This document shows, piece after piece, positions 56,735 to 64,000 of a stretch of 64,000 bases of DNA. A program made the position numbers and the translations under genes. Origin of the DNA: an uncultured Gammaproteobacteria bacterium (lineage in GTDB: Bacteria; Patescibacteriota; Microgenomatia; Daviesbacterales; UBA10151); NCBI GenBank assembly GCA_964406775.1, contig CAYOSW010000004.1, positions 7,392 to 71,391 on the forward strand, read 5' to 3'. The number at the start of each line of letters is the position of its first letter. The stretch's first letter is position 1. Under the pieces are notes generated by a model, which saw only the letters and a list, made by a program, of their open reading frames with translations, made no database searches and was not told the DNA's origin.

Positions 56735-57061
56735 GTGAACGACCTGACTAAAAAGCATTGTGTTCCCTGTGAAAACGGTGAAGGAAAATTACCGATCGGT
56801 AAAATCAAAGAATATCTTCCTGTTGTTGAGGGGTGGTTTTTGATAGGTGATCAAATCAAAAGAGACTTTAAATTTAAAAATTTTAAAGAAGCTATGGAAT
56901 TTGTGAATAAAGTGGCCGATATCGCTGAATCGGAAGGTCATCACCCGGATATCTATATTTTCTATAACAAGGTCAGTCTGAATCTTTCCACTCACGCTGC
57001 TAAAGGACTTACCGAAAATGATTTTATCTTAGCTGCTAAAATTAATACCCTGGATGCTTAG
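56735..57061 (+). CDS. 4a-hydroxytetrahydrobiopterin dehydratase (PCD/DCoH)
   Basis: The EGHHPDI signature ([EDKH]-H-[HY]-P). 108 aa. Confidence 0.8.
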   Translation: MNDLTKKHCVPCENGEGKLPIGKIKEYLPVVEGWFLIGDQIKRDFKFKNFKEAMEFVNKVADIAESEGHHPDIYIFYNKVSLNLSTHAAKGLTENDFILAAKINTLDA

Positions 57062-58503
57062 TATCTAGGTTCCTCGGGATTTTTCAAATATTCTTCCAAT
57101 CCGGCAATTCTATTTTTCACTTCATCCTCCCCTAATATTTGTATTGATTCAAAAAGAGGGGGAGTTACCAGCTGTCCGGAAACCGCGACCCGGATCAGTT
57201 GAAACATATCCAAATTCGAAGTCCCCAGCTCAACAGCCAAAGCTTTAAAGGCTTCTTCAAATTCTTTTGAGTCCCAGGGGTTTTTTAACTGCCCCAATTT
57301 TTCTGAAATTTTCTGCAGTGCTGTTTTTTTATCCTGAATTTTCACTTTTTCAATTTGCGCCATATCATATTCCGGTTTTCCGAAAAAGAAATCCGTTAAT
57401 GGAATAAAATCAGAAAGTTTCTTAATCCGTTCCTTGATCAGCGGGACCAGTTTCACCAGGATTTCCGTATCCGGTATATTTTTGGCTATGTGATCAACTT
57501 CTTTGAGATATTTTTCCAGCCTGCCTGCCAATTCCTCATCCGTCATTTTTCTAATATATTCCCCATTTATCCAGTCCAGTTTTACCGGATCAAAAGCCGG
57601 ACCGACGGGAGAAAAATCTTTTAAATCAAGTTTCTCTATGAATTCATCAATCGGGAAAATTTCCTTTTGTTCCGGATGCGACCAACCCATCAGCGCAAGA
57701 TAATTTAAAATCGCCTCAGGCAAATATCCGTCTTTTAAATACCAGGAAACCCAAACCGGATTGCGCCTTTTTGACAATTTAGATTTATCCGAATTACGTA
57801 AAATCGGCAAATGAACAAAAACAGGCAATTCCCAACCGAAGGCTTTGTACAACAGCACGTGTTTCGGAGTTGAGGAAATCCACTCTTCTGCCCTTATAAC
57901 GTGGGAAATTTTCATTGAATAATCGTCTACTACGACACCAAGGTGGTACGTCGGAAAACCGTCGGATTTAAGTAAAACCTGGTCATCCAGTTCTTTGCTG
58001 TTTATCGTAATCTTGCCTCTGATTAAGTCATCGAATGTTATGTCTTCATTTTCCGGAACTTTTAACCTGATTACAAATTTTTCCCCTGTTGCATTAGCGT
58101 CACAATATTCGCGGTGTTTCTTCTTAGTTCTTGAGGCCATCTCTTCGTTCCTGATTTTCTCCAGCTTTTCTTTGGAGCAAAAACATTTATATGCGAGATC
58201 CAGAGTTATCAGTTCCTGTGCGTAACCCTGATATAACTCCAGTCTTTCCGATTGTCTGTAAGGCTCAAAAGGTCCTCCGACTTCAGGACTTTCATCAGGT
58301 TTTAAACCGAAGGCGGCAATTGAAGCTAAAATAGTTTTCTCGGCGCCTTCAACATACCTTTCACGGTCCGTATCTTCAATCCGCACTACGAATTTACCAT
58401 TATTTTTCCTTGCAAACGCCCAATTTATTAAAGCTGTATAAAGATTACCTATATGTAAATCTTCGCCTGTTGGGGAAGGCGCAATTCTGGTTCTAACTTC
58501 CAT
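57058..58503 (-). CDS. gltX: Glutamyl-tRNA synthetase
   Basis: RIAPSPTGEDLHIGN (HIGH-type) and KLSKR (KMSKS). The likely start is the internal Met (MEVRTRIAPSPTG). The ORF-track start at 58548 adds 15 aa and abuts the divergent gene start (CATATG). Confidence 0.85.
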   Translation of the reverse strand: MEVRTRIAPSPTGEDLHIGNLYTALINWAFARKNNGKFVVRIEDTDRERYVEGAEKTILASIAAFGLKPDESPEVGGPFEPYRQSERLELYQGYAQELITLDLAYKCFCSKEKLEKIRNEEMASRTKKKHREYCDANATGEKFVIRLKVPENEDITFDDLIRGKITINSKELDDQVLLKSDGFPTYHLGVVVDDYSMKISHVIRAEEWISSTPKHVLLYKAFGWELPVFVHLPILRNSDKSKLSKRRNPVWVSWYLKDGYLPEAILNYLALMGWSHPEQKEIFPIDEFIEKLDLKDFSPVGPAFDPVKLDWINGEYIRKMTDEELAGRLEKYLKEVDHIAKNIPDTEILVKLVPLIKERIKKLSDFIPLTDFFFGKPEYDMAQIEKVKIQDKKTALQKISEKLGQLKNPWDSKEFEEAFKALAVELGTSNLDMFQLIRVAVSGQLVTPPLFESIQILGEDEVKNRIAGLEEYLKNPEEPRY

Positions 58504-58548
58504 ATGATCTGAAGTATAATATAACTTGCAGGCTATACGCCATACCAT

Positions 58549-59583
58549 ATGACCCTAACCGAAGCTGCCGCTTTTACCAAGAAGGGAATGATCGTTACTG
58601 CGATCACCCTATTCATAATTTTTGCTACCTGGGGAATCTGGCATTATTACTATAATTACATCTATCTGCCGAGCCTACCTCCTGTTGAAGAGGCACCGAC
58701 GTTAGCCTTCGGACCGCTACCCAAGCTCAAGTTTCCCGACTCAACTGTTGCCTCATCCAATTTTTCTTATTCTATGGATACAGATACCGGATCTCTGCCT
58801 ACTGATACACCTAAATTATTCAAGATTTATTCCGTCGCTCAACTGGCTACCGATTTATTGGCTTTGGACCGCGCAAAAAAACTCGCTAAAGACCTTGAGT
58901 TTAATCAGACACCTCAATCTCTTTCGGCGACCCAATATAAGTTTATTGATGATAAAAACGGCGGGGAATTAATTGTGGATCTGGATACGGGTAATTTTAA
59001 ATTCCGAAGGAGCACCGCCACACCGAGCGCCCAAAGCTCCGAGCGCATAGAGGATTTTATAGACGAGGATGGCCAGGCCCGTCAATTTAGGGCATATTTA
59101 ACCAGCAGAGGACTCCTTAAAGATCAGTTAAAAACCGGGCGTACATCAGTCGTTTATAATAACCCCGTCAAAAAGGACAGTACTCTGGTGACGATCAATC
59201 TCTGGCAGGACAGCATTGAGGACGTACCTATTGTCACTCCTAAATTTAAAGAAGGCTTAATTAAAACTGTCGGGACCAGCAGCCGGGATTCGGATAAAAA
59301 ATATATCCTGATGGACTATACCTTCTGGCCGATTGATTTGCAGAATTTCGGAACCTATCCGATTAAAACTGTGGAGGAGGCTTTTGAGGAGCTAAAAAAC
59401 GGCGACGGATTTGTAGCTCTTGAACCCAGATCAGGAAGTGCCTCAATAACCAAGGTTTATATCGGTTATTATCTTTCAGAGGAATATGCTAATTATCTGC
59501 AGCCCGTATTTGTATTTGAGGGACCTGAGTTCGCGGGACTTGTACCGGCTGTAAAAAGTGAATTTGTCGAAAACGCTAATTAA
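58549..59583 (+). CDS. Membrane-anchored hypothetical protein (344 aa)
   Basis: N-terminal TM (IVTAITLFIIFATWGIW) and a large extracytoplasmic domain with no known motif. The true start is possibly the internal Met at about 58588. Confidence 0.45.
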   Translation: MTLTEAAAFTKKGMIVTAITLFIIFATWGIWHYYYNYIYLPSLPPVEEAPTLAFGPLPKLKFPDSTVASSNFSYSMDTDTGSLPTDTPKLFKIYSVAQLATDLLALDRAKKLAKDLEFNQTPQSLSATQYKFIDDKNGGELIVDLDTGNFKFRRSTATPSAQSSERIEDFIDEDGQARQFRAYLTSRGLLKDQLKTGRTSVVYNNPVKKDSTLVTINLWQDSIEDVPIVTPKFKEGLIKTVGTSSRDSDKKYILMDYTFWPIDLQNFGTYPIKTVEEAFEELKNGDGFVALEPRSGSASITKVYIGYYLSEEYANYLQPVFVFEGPEFAGLVPAVKSEFVENAN

Positions 59584-60562
59584 CTACCCAGGTGTAATTC
59601 TCGTAGATCCAGTCAAGCAGGTTTTTTGTTTCACCGAACCTGTCCTTGCTGTTTAACATAACCGTTAAAACCGTATGCCCGTTTTTCTCGGAAAGTCCGA
59701 CCAGACTCTCCCCCGCCATCTCGGTAGTCCCGGTTTTTATACCGATAACACCGTCTTCACCTAAAAGCTTATTCAAATTCTTCAGAACATGAGTCTGGGA
59801 ACGGTCTATTGAGGTAACTTGTGTTTCTTTTGTTGAAAAAACTTTACCTAAACGGACATTTGCCATAGCTTCTTTTCCGATTTGCAGTAAATCATAAGCC
59901 GAGGAATAGTGAGTTGCGCTATCAAAACCTGCAGGATTATCAAAATGTGTATTCTCAAGGCCCAATTCCGCCACTTTCTGATTCATTTTTGAGATAAAGG
60001 CATCAAATCCTCCCGGATAATTTAAAGCGATCGTAAAAGCCGCATCATTACCGGAATTTAACATCATACCGTAAAGCAGACTCCTGAAAGTCATAACTTC
60101 CCCGGCCTTAAGACCCATATTCGAACCGCCGACCAAAGCATCCGCCGGAACCGTGAGTAGGTCGCTGTTGTTAAAATGCTCTATGGCAACTATAGCCGTC
60201 ATTATTTTTGTTGTTGAAGCCGGAGCCATTCTGGAATTCATATTTTTTTGATAAAGCATTTTCCCGGTTTCGGTATCGTATGCGGTAACGGCCTTTGCAC
60301 TGAGTTCAGGTTCGGCTATATTTTTTGAGGCTATTTGAACTTGAGGCTTTTGAGGGGCAATTGTTTCTGCAAGAACACTCCCCTGAAACGGCATTACCTG
60401 AGGAGGTAAATTTTGCGAGGAAGCTCGGCTTTCAACTAAATCCAAAGCTCTCGGCCCGGTAAGCAAAAATATAATTGAACCTGCAACAAGCAGAATAACA
60501 AAGGCCAGAATTCTGATTTTGCGCTTGCCGGATTTTGATGTCAGAAAGGGAGGCAGTTTCAT
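59576..60562 (-). CDS. D-alanyl-D-alanine carboxypeptidase (second PBP5-like paralog)
   Basis: STTK (SxxK), SGND (SxN) and KTGTT motifs. N-terminal TM anchor. Confidence 0.8.
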   Translation of the reverse strand: MKLPPFLTSKSGKRKIRILAFVILLVAGSIIFLLTGPRALDLVESRASSQNLPPQVMPFQGSVLAETIAPQKPQVQIASKNIAEPELSAKAVTAYDTETGKMLYQKNMNSRMAPASTTKIMTAIVAIEHFNNSDLLTVPADALVGGSNMGLKAGEVMTFRSLLYGMMLNSGNDAAFTIALNYPGGFDAFISKMNQKVAELGLENTHFDNPAGFDSATHYSSAYDLLQIGKEAMANVRLGKVFSTKETQVTSIDRSQTHVLKNLNKLLGEDGVIGIKTGTTEMAGESLVGLSEKNGHTVLTVMLNSKDRFGETKNLLDWIYENYTWVVN

Positions 60563-60566
60563 TAAA

Positions 60567-61886
60567 TTACTTCAAGGTTGATAAACGGACATCCACCCTT
60601 TCCATATCGCGGGGGAAAAGCGATGCCTGCCTGATGTTGGCAAGCTTGAGTAAATTCATTGTCATCCTCTCAAGTCCGAAAGAAAATCCACCCTCAGGAG
60701 GCATTCCGAATCTGAATGCCTGCAGATACATTTCAAACTGGGACGGGTTCATTCCTCTTTCTTTTATTGTTTCTACCAATTGGTCGTAATCGCTGATTCT
60801 CTGGCTTCCCGACAAAATTTCCAGACCTCGGAATAATAAATCATAACTTAAGCTGTATTCCGGATTTTCAGGATCAGGCATTGTATAAAAAGCACGTTTT
60901 TTAGTGGGGAAGTGGGTTATGGTAACGAGATCTGAACCGTGCTCTTTATTTGCCCATTTGCAGATATCAACTTCATCCTGGGGAGTTAAGTCTTTCTCTT
61001 TACGGTTATCCCTTCCGAATTCTTTATAAATTACTTCCTGGGCTTCCCTTAAAGTCAGGCGCGGGATTTTCCCGAAGGCAACCGGCTCCACATTAAATTC
61101 TTTTAATTCTTCCGGACAATTTTCCTCCGCATATTTCAAAACTTCTGTTCCCACTTTCTCGAGCATATCGAGTAGTTCTTCGAAATTAACAAATCCGAAT
61201 TCACAATCCATTTGAGTTGAAACGGATAAATGCCTCGTTGTGACCGAAGGTTCAGCCCGGTAAGCGTGAGCGATCGTAAAAACTCTTTCGAAAACAGGCA
61301 CCAGCATTTGTTTATATAGTTGCGGAGACTGAGTCATTGTCGCCTGGTGACCGTAATAATCAACTTTAAAGACCTCCGCGCCTCCTTCGGTTGAACCTAC
61401 TGCAATTTCCGGAACAACAATCTCCACACAATCCAGCTCTTTGGAAACCTTTCTGAATCCTTCGAGAATTGCCGATTGGACTTTAAAAATTGCCCTTACC
61501 TGCGGATGACGCAATGTCAGTGATCTGAAATCCAAAAGGGTAGGAAGCTGGAGTTCTAAATCCTTCATAGCAAGATCAAAAGGTAGTTCTGCAGCTTTCG
61601 ATATAACCTTAACGGTTTCGGATTGAAGCTCGATCTTACCCGTAGCTAAGTTAGGATTTATCAGTTTTTCCGGCCGGCCTGCAACTTTTCCGGTGATCTC
61701 AACTACATCCTGAGGTCTGATATCGCCTAAATTTTCTTTTGTGCAAAAAACCTGGATAATTCCGGTTCTATCAGCCACATCAAGAAAACCGATCTTGCCG
61801 TGATCGCGCCTGACCTGGACCCATCCGGATACCGTTACTGTTTCTCCGACCTTGTCATTGCAGTCTAAAATCAATGTTCTTTTCAT
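60567..61886 (-). CDS. aspS: Class IIb aminoacyl-tRNA synthetase, probable archaeal/eukaryal-type aspartyl-tRNA synthetase (AsnRS not excluded)
   Basis: N-terminal OB anticodon-binding domain. Motif 2 YRAEPSVTTRHLSVSTQMDCEF and motif 3 GGFSFGLERMTMNL...FPRD. At 439 aa the length fits a non-discriminating archaeal-type AspRS. Confidence 0.7.
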   Translation of the reverse strand: MKRTLILDCNDKVGETVTVSGWVQVRRDHGKIGFLDVADRTGIIQVFCTKENLGDIRPQDVVEITGKVAGRPEKLINPNLATGKIELQSETVKVISKAAELPFDLAMKDLELQLPTLLDFRSLTLRHPQVRAIFKVQSAILEGFRKVSKELDCVEIVVPEIAVGSTEGGAEVFKVDYYGHQATMTQSPQLYKQMLVPVFERVFTIAHAYRAEPSVTTRHLSVSTQMDCEFGFVNFEELLDMLEKVGTEVLKYAEENCPEELKEFNVEPVAFGKIPRLTLREAQEVIYKEFGRDNRKEKDLTPQDEVDICKWANKEHGSDLVTITHFPTKKRAFYTMPDPENPEYSLSYDLLFRGLEILSGSQRISDYDQLVETIKERGMNPSQFEMYLQAFRFGMPPEGGFSFGLERMTMNLLKLANIRQASLFPRDMERVDVRLSTLK

Positions 61887-61932
61887 AATGTGGAAATAAT
61901 AGCAAAACCGAGGCTGGCTTACAATCTTAGAG

Positions 61933-63015
61933 TTAGGAATTTTGGGCTTTGTTACGCAGATAATGATCCATAACTGTCAGGGCCGACATTGCATCAACTA
62001 CCGGAACCGCACGAGGAAGAACGCAGGGATCGTGACGCCCTGAAGCTTCCAGTTCGACTTCTTCCAGATTACGGTTAACCGTATGCTGTTTTTTCTTAAT
62101 TGTCGATACACTTTTAAAGGCCACCCTGAAGTAAATTGTTTCACCCGAGGAAATCCCGCCCAAGACCCCTCCCGCATTATTAGTCCTTGTCTTAATTTTT
62201 CCGTCACTGATCATAAACTCGTCATTGTGTTCACTGCCCGGTTTAACAACTCCGGCAAATCCCGAACCTATCTCAAACCCCTTAACCGCGTTTATCGATA
62301 ACATAGCTTTACCTAAATCGGCATTTAATTTATCGAATACAGGTTCACCTAAACCTGCGGGAACATTTTTAATTACACCCGTGATAACTCCACCGATTGA
62401 ATCTCCGTCATCCCTCATTTTCTCAACAAGGGATATCATTTTTAAAGCGGCTTTGTTATCCGGACAACGGATAATATTTGATTCAATTCCTTCAGCTGTA
62501 ACGGAGTTAAAATCGATATCAGTTTTTATATCTCCGACTTGAGAAACAAAGCTTAAAATTTCAATTCCCAGTTTTTCTTTCAGATATTTTTTAGCAATCG
62601 CACCGGCTGCAACTCTCGCCAGAGTTTCTCTTGCTGAAGCCCTTCCCGATCCCCGGAAATCCCTGATTCCGTATTTCATTTCATAAGTAAAATCCGCATG
62701 CGATGGCCTGAATGCGTCTTTTAAGTGGTCGTAGTCTTCGGGACGCATATCCTTGTTATATGCCAGCATTAATATAGGAGTACCGGTAGTTTTACCCTCA
62801 AAATACCCCGACAGGATTTTAATCTCGTCTTCCTCTTTTCTGGGAGAAGTAATCGATGATTGACCGGGTTTTCTTCTATCCAATTCTTTTTGAATTTCCG
62901 CTTCGGTTATTTCAATTCCCGGAGGACAACCGTCAACCACGCAACCCACACAGCCTCCGTGAGACTCTCCGAATGTTGTTACTTTAAATAATTGTCCAAA
63001 CGTATTACCCGCCAT
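61933..63015 (-). CDS. aroC: Chorismate synthase
   Basis: [33 protein letters not shown] is the canonical AroC N-terminus. Confidence 0.9.
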   Translation of the reverse strand: MAGNTFGQLFKVTTFGESHGGCVGCVVDGCPPGIEITEAEIQKELDRRKPGQSSITSPRKEEDEIKILSGYFEGKTTGTPILMLAYNKDMRPEDYDHLKDAFRPSHADFTYEMKYGIRDFRGSGRASARETLARVAAGAIAKKYLKEKLGIEILSFVSQVGDIKTDIDFNSVTAEGIESNIIRCPDNKAALKMISLVEKMRDDGDSIGGVITGVIKNVPAGLGEPVFDKLNADLGKAMLSINAVKGFEIGSGFAGVVKPGSEHNDEFMISDGKIKTRTNNAGGVLGGISSGETIYFRVAFKSVSTIKKKQHTVNRNLEEVELEASGRHDPCVLPRAVPVVDAMSALTVMDHYLRNKAQNS

Positions 63016-63691
63016 TTTTTAAAATCTCCAATATCTTTTCTAATTCACTTCTCGTCATCTGTCCCGGAGCTGATTCTCCCTGACTTTCTGCCGGGGCAAA
63101 GTTAAATTCATTACCCCATAAAGCCGAATATATTCTTACAATCCTCCCCTCTTTACCCATACCGCTAATCAGGAATTTTTTATTTTCCTTTTTAAGCTTA
63201 ATAAGAAGAGTCAGTAATTTTACCCCATCTTCCTCTTCTTTACAAAAACAGGAAAACTTAAAGATTGTCGGATTATATGCTTCCATTTTAGAAACCAGAT
63301 CCTGTAGATCGGACAAATCCGAAGTACTTTCATAATTATGATAGGAAACAATCAGTTTATTATTTAACTTTTCATTTTTTATAAAATCCAAATCTTCTTT
63401 TTGATCATTTATATCAAGATCTAAAAAATTTGCGGACGTTTCCAATAATTTTATTATCTTTTCTCTTTCTTCTTTTTTAAGATCCGATTTTTTCAGATCT
63501 TTTTTTCTGAATAAAAAGAGTAGCTTGTCCGGGTAAAGATCTGAAATCTTCCAGACAAAATCAAAATCCAAATCCTGAATGTAAGAAAGCCAGATCTCAT
63601 AAAAATCATATTCCGGATTGCCGGAGATAACCGCAAGAACTTCGTCCTTTGAATTTTGAATAACAGGTAAACAGTATTTAAACTCAGTCAT
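63005..63691 (-). CDS. aroD: 3-dehydroquinate dehydratase, type I
   Basis: C-terminal [16 protein letters not shown]...SAPGQ is the catalytic Lys region and conserved APGQ tail. Confidence 0.7.
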   Translation of the reverse strand: MTEFKYCLPVIQNSKDEVLAVISGNPEYDFYEIWLSYIQDLDFDFVWKISDLYPDKLLFLFRKKDLKKSDLKKEEREKIIKLLETSANFLDLDINDQKEDLDFIKNEKLNNKLIVSYHNYESTSDLSDLQDLVSKMEAYNPTIFKFSCFCKEEEDGVKLLTLLIKLKKENKKFLISGMGKEGRIVRIYSALWGNEFNFAPAESQGESAPGQMTRSELEKILEILKNGG

Positions 63692-64000
63692 CTAGTAATA
63701 CCTCCTCCATCTCTTTTATCGGCGCTTCAAACCCCGTATACATTTTAAATTGTTCTGCACCCTGGGATAAAAGCATCTCATAACCATACACAACTACCGC
63801 TCCCTGCTCTTTTGCATCCTGCAACAATTTAGTTTCCTTCGGCGAAAAGACTATATCCATAATGATTTGATCCCGTTTTAAAAACTTTTTATCAACCGGA
63901 CTTTCATCCGTATTCATTCCGACCGTAGTAGTATTGATGACAATATCCATTCCGGAAATTTCACCTATTGATTCCATCCCGCTAAAACTACAACCGAATT
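63684..64000 (-). CDS. aroE: Shikimate dehydrogenase, C-terminal part (gene continues beyond window end)
   Basis: DIVINTTTVGMNTDESP...AVVVYGYEMLLSQGAEQFKMYTG matches the AroE NADP-binding and C-terminal region. The N-terminus lies outside the window. Confidence 0.7.
   Translation of the reverse strand, partial: FGCSFSGMESIGEISGMDIVINTTTVGMNTDESPVDKKFLKRDQIIMDIVFSPKETKLLQDAKEQGAVVVYGYEMLLSQGAEQFKMYTGFEAPIKEMEEVLLDD

Noticed and set aside
1-64000. CRISPR arrays, rRNA genes, transposases/integrases
   Set aside because: No regularly spaced direct repeats, no rRNA-like conserved segments, and no DDE/tyrosine/serine recombinase-like ORFs were seen anywhere in the window.

Overview
This 64-kb window is densely packed with short-intergenic, operon-like gene arrays and has low-to-moderate GC. 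Transketolase is split into separate N- and C-terminal genes, the AspRS looks archaeal-type, tRNA-Gln has no encoded CCA, and there are many glycosyltransferases. These traits suggest a reduced-genome Patescibacteria/CPR-like bacterium; that placement is an inference, not a database result.

Main blocks, in order:
- **1-17.5 kb, minus strand:** a large glycan-biosynthesis locus. It holds two GT-C (ArnT/PMT-like) membrane glycosyltransferases, four GT2 enzymes, a CDP-6-deoxyhexose pathway (glucose-1-P cytidylyltransferase, SDR epimerase/dehydratase, RmlC-like epimerase, COG4091-like dehydrogenase) and a kinase-like protein. It also encodes a 1570-aa single polypeptide fusing GT2 (Dpm1/GtrB-like), a processive QxxRW GT2, a polytopic flippase-like domain and GT4, followed by peptidoglycan-remodelling genes (two D,D-carboxypeptidases, an L,D-transpeptidase, a VanW-like protein).
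- **19-23.5 kb:** FAD oxidase, NUDIX hydrolase, PfkB kinase and a GLYK-like P-loop kinase.
- **23.5-28.2 kb:** a copper operon (csoR-copA, a membrane/cupredoxin-like protein, copZ, a DsbA-like protein) with a near-canonical CsoR operator inside its promoter.
- **28.4-32.5 kb:** non-oxidative pentose-phosphate genes (split tkt, rpe, rpiB, LOG-like).
- **32.6-36.6 kb:** an unknown 320-aa protein and a Cho-like DnaQ/GIY-YIG nuclease. Convergent with these, an ATP-grasp ligase plus a 103-aa protein sits behind what folds as a textbook T-box riboswitch antiterminator/terminator.
- **36.7-45.3 kb:** an XRE regulator, then an envelope redox/metal module: a Met-rich thioredoxin, a CcdA-TlpA fusion, an OmpR/HK two-component system, an LTXXQ (CpxP/Spy-like) protein and a MacAB-like efflux system.
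- **45.3-52.8 kb:** a Doc toxin, a PQQ-type sugar dehydrogenase, a lamin-tail-domain protein with an S/P-rich repeat, a second LOG-like protein, and an SGNH + acyltransferase-3 pair.
- **52.8-55.0 kb:** a three-gene islet of unknowns abutting a tRNA-Gln(CUG) that is nested in partial tRNA-end repeats.
- **55-64 kb:** housekeeping genes (MFS transporter, pterin dehydratase, gltX, a second dacA-like gene, aspS/asnS, aroC, aroD, partial aroE).

The most novel candidates are the T-box-controlled ATP-grasp operon and the four-domain glycan assembly-line fusion protein.
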